A stretch of DNA of 32,000 nucleotides from Nitrososphaera viennensis EN76 (GCF_000698785.1 NZ_CP007536.1:1710001-1742000); one strand, 5' to 3'. Shown: positions 1 to 7,889, counted from the stretch's first letter. The notes: generated by a model from the letters alone, not told the origin. Numbers and translations are program-made.

Positions 1-2197
1 TTGCAGTGACAAACGTCCTCTGCATCCACTCCGGGATTTCGGCGATGCCTCGCACAGAGCCATAGTTGTTTGCTATCTTGGTCAGTATCTCGTCAGAGTA
101 CAGGCCGTTTTCCTTCAGCACGTTCTCGAACACCTTGTCGGTGTAAAAGAACCTGCCAACAGTAACGCGCTTTTCAAATACAAGCGCAAACACGGGCTCG
201 ACGCCGTTTGCCGTGTCGGCAATCATGGAAAGCGTGCCTGTCGGAGCGATTGTCGACGTCCACGAGTTGCGTATGCCATTCTTCTTTATCTTTTCAATGA
301 GCGTAGCCCAGTCGTACGTGTGCGTCTCTTTTGGCAGCTCGTAATAGCCTGCCACCGGGATTCTGCCCTTGACATAGTCAGTGTCCTTGAACATGGGGAA
401 CGGGCCCCTCGATTTTGCGATCGCCACGGACTCGTCCATGCTCAGATACGACACGGCCTCTGCAAGCTTGTTCATGAACTCATAGCCGTCCTTCGAGTTG
501 TACGGGATGCGGAGAAGGAACAGCAGGTCTGCGATGCCCATGATGCCAAGGCCAATCCTCCTTGTAGCGCGGGTGTTCACCTCTATCTCCTCGACAGGAT
601 ACTTGTTCATGTCGATGATGTTGTCAAGGAACCTCGTGGAGAGCCTTACCGCCTGCTCGTAGCGCTGCCAGTCAAACTCGTACATGCCGTCTGCCTTGCG
701 CTTTACAAAGTTTGCAAGGTTGATGGAGCCCAGGTTGCACGACTCGTACGGGTACAGCGACTGCTCGCCGCACGGGTTTGTGGCGCGCAGCGGCCCGCCC
801 TTTGCCTCTATGCACGGGTTGTACCTGTTGATGTTGTCGAAGAATATGACGCCCGGCTCGGCGCTCTTCCAAGCGGAAAGCGCGATCAGGTCTATCAGCT
901 GCTGCGCGTCGATCTGCCTCATCGGCTCGTGGGTGCGCGGGTTTCTCAGCGTGTATTTGTGGTTTCCGTCCTTGCTGACAAGGGCCTTCCAGAAATCCTC
1001 CCAGATGCCCACCGAGACGTTGAAATTCTCAAAGACGCCCGGCTTGGTCTTGGCCGTGACGAATTTTTCCACGTCGGGGTGCCACGCCTCAAGGATGCCC
1101 ATGTTTGCGCCGCGCCTTTTGCCGCCCTGCTTTACCACGTCGGTGATCGTATCGATTATCCTCATAAAAGACGTCGGCCCGGAAGCGACGCCGGACGTCG
1201 AAGCGACGATGTCGCCCTCCGGCCTCAGGTCCGAGTAGTTGATGCCCACTCCGCCTCCTGACTTGAATATCATCGCCGCGTCAGTCGACGACTTCATTAT
1301 CCTGTTCATGTCGTCGGGCATGTCAAGCACGAAGCACGCCGACAGTTGCCCGAGCCTTGCGCCGGCGTTCATGAGCGTCGGCGTGTTGGGCAAAAAGTCG
1401 CGCGATATCATGAGGTTATAGTATTCCCTTATGCGGTCGCTGTATGTGGCCATCTTGCCCTCTGCCACCAGCCTTAACAATTCTTTAAAGCTGACCTTCA
1501 TCTGGCCCTGCTTTGCGCCGTGGATGTACGAGCGTACCATCGCCTCAAAGTGGTAGCGGTTGAGCCAGTATTCGCCTATCTTTAGCTTCATGTCAAAGTC
1601 GGCAAGCTTGTGGTAGTATTTTGCGGCCTCTTCCGCGTCCTGCACGTGGCCTCCTGCGAGGTTGAACACCTGCGGGTCGTGCATCACGTCTGCGATGCCG
1701 ACAAGGATTGCGACCCTTTCAAACATCTGCTTGGGGCTCTCGACTATCTCGTTGTTTTCGTCGCGCAAAAGGTAACGCGCCGCAAGCACGCGCAGCGAGT
1801 TGATGTCAAAGGCCTTGTCGACCTCGTCCAGGTCCTTCTTGTTCAGGACCTTCATCTTTTCGTCCCTTACCTTCCTGCGCTCGTGCCTGTAGAGTATGTA
1901 GGACTTTGCCGTTTCCGACAGCCCTTCCTCTATCAGTATGGACTCGACCATGTCCTGGACGTCTTCCACTGTGGCGACTGCCTTTTCAGAGCCATAGCCC
2001 TGCTGCGCCATCTTTTGCAGTACCCTTACGCCGAGCCTTTCCGCCAGTGGGTAGTCCGGCTTTCCGGTTGCCACCAGCGCCTTGTAAATCGCGTTTGATA
2101 TCTTGGACTGTTCAAAGCTGACAATGCGTCCGTCCCGCTTTCTGATTTTCGAGATCAGGTTTCCCTGTGAATTATTAAATTCGGTAACTCCCGCCAT
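1..2197 (-). CDS. nrdJ: Class II (adenosylcobalamin-dependent) ribonucleotide reductase with an N-terminal ATP-cone. Partial: the C-terminus lies beyond position 1.
   Basis: Absent from the ORF track because it has no stop inside the window. My reverse-strand translation from the ATG at 2197 is open for 732 codons. It reads MAGVTEFNNSQGNLISKIRKRDGRIVSFEQSKISNAIYKAL (ATP-cone), FLPNTPTLMNAG, SGGGVGINYSDLRPEG, RATNPCGEQSLYPYESCNLGSINL (RNR active-site loop) and TIAPTGTLS. The plus-strand ORFs 320-1261, 684-1238 and 1610-2098 are antisense shadows of this gene. Confidence 0.9.
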   Translation of the reverse strand, partial: MAGVTEFNNSQGNLISKIRKRDGRIVSFEQSKISNAIYKALVATGKPDYPLAERLGVRVLQKMAQQGYGSEKAVATVEDVQDMVESILIEEGLSETAKSYILYRHERRKVRDEKMKVLNKKDLDEVDKAFDINSLRVLAARYLLRDENNEIVESPKQMFERVAILVGIADVMHDPQVFNLAGGHVQDAEEAAKYYHKLADFDMKLKIGEYWLNRYHFEAMVRSYIHGAKQGQMKVSFKELLRLVAEGKMATYSDRIREYYNLMISRDFLPNTPTLMNAGARLGQLSACFVLDMPDDMNRIMKSSTDAAMIFKSGGGVGINYSDLRPEGDIVASTSGVASGPTSFMRIIDTITDVVKQGGKRRGANMGILEAWHPDVEKFVTAKTKPGVFENFNVSVGIWEDFWKALVSKDGNHKYTLRNPRTHEPMRQIDAQQLIDLIALSAWKSAEPGVIFFDNINRYNPCIEAKGGPLRATNPCGEQSLYPYESCNLGSINLANFVKRKADGMYEFDWQRYEQAVRLSTRFLDNIIDMNKYPVEEIEVNTRATRRIGLGIMGIADLLFLLRIPYNSKDGYEFMNKLAEAVSYLSMDESVAIAKSRGPFPMFKDTDYVKGRIPVAGYYELPKETHTYDWATLIEKIKKNGIRNSWTSTIAPTGTLSMIADTANGVEPVFALVFEKRVTVGRFFYTDKVFENVLKENGLYSDEILTKIANNYGSVRGIAEIPEWMQRTFVTA

Positions 2198-2428
2198 CCC
2201 GTCTCTTACCACCAAACCACTCGTACTTATACTCTTTTGTGCTATTTTTACTATCTCGTACATCAGCAAAAATGCACAATTGACTATTAATCCGGGCCGC
2301 GGCGACGAAATCAAACAGAATCGTGTGATATTTCCAAGAAAATCCATGAAACCTTCCGGCAATTTTCCCATGCGCGTATGCTGGCGCAGCCATAAGGTCT
2401 GTAGCTTAACCTCTATCATAAAATTATG

Positions 2429-2464
2429 AAAAAAAGATATGGCGGGCGGCGCAGCTGCGCCGCC
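2429..2464 (-). terminator. Putative terminator of the upstream NrdD-like gene
   Basis: Read on the minus strand just 3' of the stop at 2494. A perfect 20-nt GC palindrome GGCGGCGCAGCTGCGCCGCC (2445-2464) is followed 9 nt later by T7 (plus-strand A7, 2429-2435). Oligo-T tracts are the usual archaeal termination signal. Confidence 0.45.
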
Positions 2465-2493
2465 TTTCCAGATGCGGCGGAAGGCTTGTGCAG

Positions 2494-4629
2494 CTATGCC
2501 GTCGCCAGCATCAGCCGGTGCGGCGACTTGCAGGACTCGCACCTGTCTGCAGATATCTTGTATTTTTTTCCGCACGTTGCGCACACGGCAAGCTTGGCCC
2601 GGGGGCGGAAGAATGCAAGCTCTGCCGCAGAAGCCTCGATTGCGCTCCTGGCTTCGCCGGCGCCAAGGTCGGTGACATCCAAGGCGGCCGCAAGGCCTCC
2701 GTTCAGTATCCTGTCGATGGCAGAGCACTCGGCTACCAGCTGCTTTTTGTCAAGCTCCTTGCCATTTAGCGTCATTCCCTGGGAATAGCTGGCAGTATTC
2801 TGCGACTGGAGGAGCGAGACCTTGCCGTACTTTTCAGAGTCAAGGGCGGCAAAGCGGGCGCCGGAATCGTCAGCTATCATTGCGACGCCGCAAGAGTCCT
2901 CGCCCAGCTGCTTGCCCTGCGCCGCGGCGACCTCGACTGCAGTCTTTAGCACCTTCTGCATCACCTCTGCGCCGCTGTTGGCCTCGTCGTAGCCAAGGAT
3001 GCTAAAGACGGACTCGCGGGCGCCTGTCAGGTTTATGACGATGCTTGAAGTGGCGTGCTGCATAGACTGGGTGGCAACAGAGAACGCGGGGAGGAGCCCG
3101 CGCCTTGCGTTCTCCATGACGGCCTTTTTCCTCATTGCCATCGCCGCAAGCGACGGTTTTATCGCAAGCGCCAGCTTTGCCCGGAAGTAGGTCTCGTCCC
3201 TGTTTGACTCGTAGGCAAGCCTGGGCAGGTTTATCGAAAGCGCCTGGAGCGACATTACAGAAGAAGAAGAGGAATTCTTTGCGCCGGCGGCCTTGCGTAT
3301 CCCGCTTGACGACCTGGCGGCGCTACTATTAATGCTTCCAATCGTTATGATGCCCCCGCTCCTCACCGCCGCTGTGATGTGGTCCAGGCTGTCCTTCAGC
3401 AGCTTGCCTCCGGTGGTTATCGCAAGGCCAGCGCGGGGAACAGGCGTTGCGTCGACGTACCGGCGGTAGCCATCAAGCAGCGCGTTCAGCTGCTTGGCGT
3501 CCATGGCGTCGCCGGGCACCACCAGCGTTGCAAGCGGCTGCTGGCCCGCGCCGGCTGCCGCAGAGGCAGACGACGACGCAAGCGCCCTGGCGAACTTGGC
3601 CGCAAGGTCGTCGGCGTCCTTGGCCCTGGCAAGCGCCGGCGCGACTCCTTCAAGCACGACCTCTGTCGATGCCTCCCTCGAAAGGAGAGCAATGAGGACA
3701 GGAAGGGCTGCAAGCATGTCGTCGGCCGTCTTTATCGACGCCAGCCTTGCCACGGTCGGGTGCCTGCCGGCAAGGTCCAGGCTGCCTCCCTCCATGTCAG
3801 AGAGGTCCACAAACAGCGTGTCAGGCAGGAGGCCCCACGTCCCCGGCTGGGCTATGTGTATCTCGCCGGCAAGGTGCATGTCGGCAATGTCCTTTGGGAG
3901 CGTGTTAAAGATGAGGTATTCTGAAAACACCGAGCCGGCCGTCCTGGCCATTACTCCTGCCGCGCCGCTTCTCGTGGCGTCCTCGCTTGCCAGCATCTCG
4001 GAAATGTCTGACGGCGGGAGGCCGAGGCGCGCAAGCTTGTTTCTGTATTCTTCGTGGCCGTGCTCTATCAATACAGAGTTGACGGTCTCGCGGATGAGCG
4101 ACGACGTCAGGTACGCGGTCTGGAACTTGTAGATCTTGTTTTCCACCTCCTCGGTTATCTTGTGGGCCTGCTCCAGAGGGAGGTTGGCCTCCCTCACCAG
4201 CGACTGTATTATCTTGTGCGAGTTGAACTCCTCTATCGTCTGCCGGCCCGTCCTCACGTACATCTTGCCGCTCTCTATGATAGAGCGCTCCTCGATCTGC
4301 CGGGCAAGGGACAGCACAAGCTTGCCAAGGTTGGTGATAGTGTAGCGGCGTTCGGCCTTGTTCAGCGCGACCAGTAGCTGCCTCAATAGCTTCCTGAGGT
4401 GGTATGCAAACTTGCCCGACTCTTTCTTTGACTTGAAGCCTGCCAGCGCCTTGAGCTCTGAATATGTCAGCGGGCCCTTTGTGTTCAGGATGCGGAGGAT
4501 GTCGATCCTGTTCGGGCTTGCCATGACTGAAAATATCATCCTGACGCGCTTGGATGCCGATTCCAGCACGCCTCCCTTGCGGGACTCTTTTTGCAGTTGA
4601 GAATAGTCAAAACTCGGTTCCGTTTCCAT
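2494..4629 (-). CDS. Winged-helix (ArsR-like) + ATP-cone + anaerobic-RNR (NrdD)-like protein without a glycyl-radical C-terminus; putative nucleotide-sensing regulator
   Basis: 711-aa ORF. The N-terminus SPNRIDILRILNTKGPLTYSELKALAG...YHLRKL is wHTH-like. KMYVRTGRQTIEEFNSHKIIQSL...SLIRETVNSVLIEHGHEEYRNKLARLG is an ATP-cone. LPKDIADMHLAGEIHIAQPG resembles the NrdD N-terminal signature. The protein ends with the ribbon CATCGKKYKISADRCESC and then only 11 more residues (KSPHRLMLATA), with no Gly-radical loop. Confidence 0.8.
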   Translation of the reverse strand: METEPSFDYSQLQKESRKGGVLESASKRVRMIFSVMASPNRIDILRILNTKGPLTYSELKALAGFKSKKESGKFAYHLRKLLRQLLVALNKAERRYTITNLGKLVLSLARQIEERSIIESGKMYVRTGRQTIEEFNSHKIIQSLVREANLPLEQAHKITEEVENKIYKFQTAYLTSSLIRETVNSVLIEHGHEEYRNKLARLGLPPSDISEMLASEDATRSGAAGVMARTAGSVFSEYLIFNTLPKDIADMHLAGEIHIAQPGTWGLLPDTLFVDLSDMEGGSLDLAGRHPTVARLASIKTADDMLAALPVLIALLSREASTEVVLEGVAPALARAKDADDLAAKFARALASSSASAAAGAGQQPLATLVVPGDAMDAKQLNALLDGYRRYVDATPVPRAGLAITTGGKLLKDSLDHITAAVRSGGIITIGSINSSAARSSSGIRKAAGAKNSSSSSVMSLQALSINLPRLAYESNRDETYFRAKLALAIKPSLAAMAMRKKAVMENARRGLLPAFSVATQSMQHATSSIVINLTGARESVFSILGYDEANSGAEVMQKVLKTAVEVAAAQGKQLGEDSCGVAMIADDSGARFAALDSEKYGKVSLLQSQNTASYSQGMTLNGKELDKKQLVAECSAIDRILNGGLAAALDVTDLGAGEARSAIEASAAELAFFRPRAKLAVCATCGKKYKISADRCESCKSPHRLMLATA

Positions 4630-4748
4630 TGCGCCTCATAACCAACATAAATGATTAAAACTCCTTTGTAAAATATTTTTAACTAACAGTACTACTGGCC
4701 CTATGTGGGCCTTTTGACCAAAAGGTCAACCTTTTCAGCCTTGTTCTT

Positions 4749-5366
4749 CTATGCCAGCACTTCTTCCTGCTGTTGCTGCCTTCCTTGTTCTTCCATTCCT
4801 GCTTCTTTTTCGCGGTGCACCGGCATGTTGGCAGGTATCTCGGGCAGCTTGGCCTTTGCCTCGGTCTCTAGCGCTCCCTCTATCTCGTTGAGGATGCTCA
4901 GGGCGTCGGCGTCCATGGGCGTCGAGATTTTTGCGTCGGCGGCGCGGACGTTTGCGCTTGCCAGCACGTCGGCAGTAACGGACGAGACCTCCGACAGCGC
5001 GTCGCTTGCCGCGGGCATGGCCTTTGAGAGCTCTGCCTGGATGCCCTTTATCATGTCGACCGTCGGGTCGATGGTGTCCAGTATCATGGCAAACTCGTTC
5101 ATGGTAGAGAACCGGATCACGAGCGCCTCAAGCGCCATCCCGGTGTGCTGCGTCGTCCTGCGCAGCTTTTTCACGTTTGAGAGCTCGTTTGCCAGGATCC
5201 TTGCCCGAGGGTTGTTGCCGGTCTTGATGCTTGCCGTTATCTGCTGCATGTACAGCGACTCCATCGAGGCAAATTTCTTGTCCAGCATCTTTAACCTGCC
5301 CAGCTGGTTGTAGACAACCGCAGTGGCATTGTTTAGCTGGCTCACTAACTGCTGGCGCTCTACCAT
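4749..5366 (-). CDS. ESCRT-III / Snf7-family (CdvB-like) protein
   Basis: 205 aa and all-helical. It has a basic N-terminal half (KMLDKKFASMESLYMQQITASIKTGNNPRARILANELSNVKKLRR) and an acidic C-terminal half (DADALSILNEIEGALETEAK). Near the C-terminus is a proline motif, LPEIPANMPV, resembling a MIM2 (Vps4/CdvC MIT-binding) motif. Confidence 0.6.
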   Translation of the reverse strand: MVERQQLVSQLNNATAVVYNQLGRLKMLDKKFASMESLYMQQITASIKTGNNPRARILANELSNVKKLRRTTQHTGMALEALVIRFSTMNEFAMILDTIDPTVDMIKGIQAELSKAMPAASDALSEVSSVTADVLASANVRAADAKISTPMDADALSILNEIEGALETEAKAKLPEIPANMPVHREKEAGMEEQGRQQQQEEVLA

Positions 5367-5476
5367 CGGCCTACTCTGCGTTTTTTGCAGCAGGTTTTCA
5401 GGTTAAGGCACAGGGTTGAAGGTTGTGCACCAAAAGCTGCCAAAACAGCTAAGCTACAACAAAAGAAGTGGGGTTT

Positions 5477-5641
5477 TTACCGCTTTGTCGCGGCCACCGA
5501 GAAGTCGGAAGGGTTGAGCGCCGCCCCGCAGACGGGACAGCGGTTGTTCGTGGCGCGCAGCGCGTCTTTCACCGATTTTAACATGCGCATAGTGTAGATG
5601 ACAGAGCCGCACTTGCCGCACACTACGTCAGCAGACATCAT
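5477..5641 (-). CDS. Small zinc-ribbon protein (54 aa), function unknown
   Basis: Below the ORF-track size cutoff. My translation is MMSADVVCGKCGSVIYTMRMLKSVKDALRATNNRCPVCGAALNPSDFSVAATKR, with two CxxC pairs (CGKC and CPVC). Base composition matches neighbouring genes, and an AT-rich tract lies upstream at 5642-5700. Confidence 0.5.
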   Translation of the reverse strand: MMSADVVCGKCGSVIYTMRMLKSVKDALRATNNRCPVCGAALNPSDFSVAATKR

Positions 5642-5744
5642 TTTCCTTTTCTGTGGTTGTTAAAAAAAAGAGAAATAAGAAAAGTTCCCTTGACGTTTTT
5701 TTACCATTGATATGAATAGAGTTAACAAGAAAAATGATCTGTAT

Positions 5745-6116
5745 CTATTCTGAAAGTTCTTCTACTGCTTCCATGAAACGATTCAGCACCAGATCAAGTT
5801 CGTCAATGTCATTGATTATTGTAGAGATGTTATTTTTGAATTCAAGATACTCTTTGTATGCAGCATCCCTTTCGTCCTTCAATCCATTATGTTGTTTTTC
5901 TAATTTTTCCCTTAACGGGAGGTAAGAGACAAGGTTGATCTTGTTTTTCAGCTGATCTAGTTGCTTATTGTAATCCATTACTTTGCGATCGAGAACGATT
6001 TGTGTGAGTTCAAAATCTTCTAATTTATTTCGCAGCCTTTCCTTCAACCGCTCCAGCCTTTCTTTCTTTAGCCTCTCAAAATTGGGCGGGAGAAGTGTAT
6101 TGGCTGGTGGTCGCAT
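5745..6116 (-). CDS. Coiled-coil protein (123 aa), function unknown
   Basis: The ORF has K/E/L/N-rich heptad-like sequence (ERLKKERLERLKERLRNKLEDFEL...DQLKNKINL...EKLEKQHNGLKDERDAAYKEYLEFKNN). It sits in a visibly AT-rich segment. A TATA-like AATACTAATAAG (minus reading, about 6138-6150) lies about 28 nt upstream of the ATG at 6116. Confidence 0.6.
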   Translation of the reverse strand: MRPPANTLLPPNFERLKKERLERLKERLRNKLEDFELTQIVLDRKVMDYNKQLDQLKNKINLVSYLPLREKLEKQHNGLKDERDAAYKEYLEFKNNISTIINDIDELDLVLNRFMEAVEELSE

Positions 6117-6185
6117 CGGCCTTTTAGCTTGATGGTAGCTTATTAGTATTAGCTCGAGCTAACTTGCTTAGGAAGTAGTTCTTTT

Positions 6186-6575
6186 TTACGCCTTCTCAAG
6201 CAGCAGGCCGTGGTGCTGGTCAAAGCCGGCGACCTTTACCTTTGCGCCTACCGGCAGGTCTTTTGGCTCCTTGATGCCGGGAAGGAACCCAGACGCGCGT
6301 ATGTTTGCGTTGTTTATCTTGAACACCACCCACGCGTACGAGCCGGCGTCCTCAAAGCCTGCCGGCGCGACTGCCTGAATAGTGTACGTGACGACCGTGC
6401 CGGCGCCTTCCAGCTCGACGTCCTCGAACTTGCTTGCCGAGCACTTTTCGCAGAACATGACCGTCTCCAGCATGGTGTGGCCGCACTTGGCGCACCTGTG
6501 CGCCAGTATCTTTTTCCTGTTCGCTACCTCGATGAACTTTTCGCGGACTCCGTGTGGTGTATTATTATTGTCCAT
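6186..6575 (-). CDS. DUF35-type OB-fold/zinc-ribbon protein (thiolase-associated scaffold)
   Basis: 129 aa. The zinc ribbon is CAKCGHTMLETVMFCEKC, followed by an OB-fold-like C-terminus (GTVVTYTIQAV...YAWVVFKINNANIRASGFL...GAKVKVAGF). It lies 24 nt downstream of the thiolase gene on the same strand. Confidence 0.85.
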   Translation of the reverse strand: MDNNNTPHGVREKFIEVANRKKILAHRCAKCGHTMLETVMFCEKCSASKFEDVELEGAGTVVTYTIQAVAPAGFEDAGSYAWVVFKINNANIRASGFLPGIKEPKDLPVGAKVKVAGFDQHHGLLLEKA

Positions 6576-6599
6576 TGGCGTATTTTTCCCTCTCTCTTT

Positions 6600-7766
6600 C
6601 TACTTCCTGTCCACTTTTCTGAACAGGTGCACTGCCGCGCTTGCGCCGGTTGCGCCAAAGTTGTGCGTCAGCGCTATTTCCGCGTCTTTTACGGTGCGCT
6701 CGCCTGCCCTGCCGGTGAACTGGTCGAACACCTCGACGACCTGCCCGACGCCGGTTGCGCCGATTGGGTGGCCCTTTGACTTTAGCCCGCCTGACGGGTT
6801 TATCGGGATCTCGCCGTTGAGCCTCGTCGCGCCATCCCTTACCGCGTGGGCCGCCTTGCCCTTGGGGAAAAAGCCGAGGTCCTCGATGTCGATTATTTCA
6901 GCGATTGTAAAGCAGTCGTGCACCTCTGCAAAGTCAATGTCCTTTGGGGTGAGGCCAGCCATCTTGTACGCCGCCCTGGCCGCCGCAACCGTGCTTGGGA
7001 TGGTGGTGATGTCCTCCCTGCCCTGGACGGCTGCCGGAGAGGCGCCACGGCCAGAGCCGATTATCTCGACGTACGGCCTGCCGGACTTTTTGGCAAAGTC
7101 CTCTGAGCAGAGGATGGTTGCGGACGCACCGTCAGAGAACGGGCAGCAGTCCAAGAGTTTCAATGGCGATGCGACCACCGGCGACTTTAACACATCATCG
7201 ACGGTGATCTTTTTCCTCACGTGCGCCTTTGGGTTTAGCACGCCGTTTTCGTGGTTCTTGACTGCCACGTGCGCAAGGTCTTCTTCCGTGGCCTTGTGGG
7301 TCGTCATGTAGGCTCGCGCCATCGACGCAAAGAGCCCGGGGAAAGAGGCGCCGTTTCCGCCCTCGTAGAAAAAGTCAGAGCAGTATGAAAATAGCGTGGT
7401 GCTCTGCGTCGTGCCCGTGTGCGTCACCTTTTCGACGCCGAGCGCAAGGACGCAGTCGTAAAAGCCCGCCGCGACATTGGCGTAGGCTTCCCTGAACATG
7501 ACCGAGCCGGAGCCGCACGCCGACTCTATCGTGAGTCCGGGGACGTGCGATATGCCAAGGTTGCTCATGATGACGGGTGCCATGTGCACCTGCTTGTCGG
7601 CGACACCGAAAACGTTGGAAATGTAGCCGGCCTGGATCTCCTTCGGGGTTATCCCTGCAGACTCGATGGCGTCTTTTGCTGCAGACATGGCGATTTCGAT
7701 GATGCTTTCGTTTAGTTTCCCGTATTTCGTGCTGCCGGCTCCAAGAACGCAAACCTTGTTGGTCAT
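6600..7766 (-). CDS. Thiolase-superfamily protein (acetyl-CoA C-acetyltransferase, archaeal/SCP-x-like type)
   Basis: 388 aa. It shows VCVLGAGSTKYGK at the N-terminus, IESACGSGS (nucleophilic Cys context), a C-terminal THNFGATGASAAVHLF, and GHPIGATGVGQVVE. Confidence 0.9.
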   Translation of the reverse strand: MTNKVCVLGAGSTKYGKLNESIIEIAMSAAKDAIESAGITPKEIQAGYISNVFGVADKQVHMAPVIMSNLGISHVPGLTIESACGSGSVMFREAYANVAAGFYDCVLALGVEKVTHTGTTQSTTLFSYCSDFFYEGGNGASFPGLFASMARAYMTTHKATEEDLAHVAVKNHENGVLNPKAHVRKKITVDDVLKSPVVASPLKLLDCCPFSDGASATILCSEDFAKKSGRPYVEIIGSGRGASPAAVQGREDITTIPSTVAAARAAYKMAGLTPKDIDFAEVHDCFTIAEIIDIEDLGFFPKGKAAHAVRDGATRLNGEIPINPSGGLKSKGHPIGATGVGQVVEVFDQFTGRAGERTVKDAEIALTHNFGATGASAAVHLFRKVDRK

Positions 7767-7794
7767 GTATGTACGAGAAATTACCCGTTTTGCA

Positions 7795-7804
7795 CTATAA
7801 ATAG
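7795..7804 (-). promoter_or_regulatory. TATA-box candidate for the thiolase gene
   Basis: The minus-strand reading is CTATTTATAG, centred about 33 nt upstream of the ATG at 7766. This is compatible with a near-leaderless archaeal mRNA. Confidence 0.4.
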
Positions 7805-7843
7805 CTTGATTACTTTTCCTGTGCAGGAATCAACGCCGGCGTG

Positions 7844-7852
7844 TATAAATAA
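7844..7852 (+). promoter_or_regulatory. TATA-box candidate for topA
   Basis: TATAAATAA lies inside the 5' extension of the track ORF (which starts at 7806). It is about 40 nt upstream of the in-frame TTG at 7890 that opens the conserved TOPRIM N-terminus. Confidence 0.4.
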
Positions 7853-7889
7853 TCTTAATACCACGTGGCGGCAAAAATCGCGTATATCG

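Noticed and set aside
320-2098. Plus-strand ORFs 320-1261 (313 aa), 684-1238, 1239-1421 and 1610-2098
   Set aside because: They are antisense to the uninterrupted nrdJ frame. Their translations are Arg/Val/His/Leu-rich with no recognisable motifs, as expected for shadow ORFs in GC-rich coding DNA.
2198-2493. Cobalamin riboswitch in the nrdJ leader
   Set aside because: It was considered because the enzyme is B12-dependent and the leader is long. I could not find a B12-box-like conserved core or the expected multi-stem arrangement by eye. The strongest hairpin is better explained as the upstream gene's terminator. An Infernal/Rfam scan would settle it.
2988-4600. Plus-strand ORFs inside the NrdD-like gene (for example 3379-3924, 3494-4132, 4054-4377)
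   Set aside because: They are antisense shadows with Arg/Ala/Pro-rich compositions. The minus-strand frame carries clear domain signatures.
6210-7311. Plus-strand ORFs 6210-6779 (189 aa) and 6382-7311 (309 aa)
   Set aside because: They are antisense to the thiolase and DUF35 genes, with Ser/Ala/Pro/Phe-rich junk and no motifs.
7806-7889. The 28-codon 5' extension of the topA ORF
   Set aside because: It contains a TATA-like element (7844-7852), and the conserved TOPRIM N-terminus begins at the in-frame TTG at 7890. It is probably promoter DNA rather than coding sequence.
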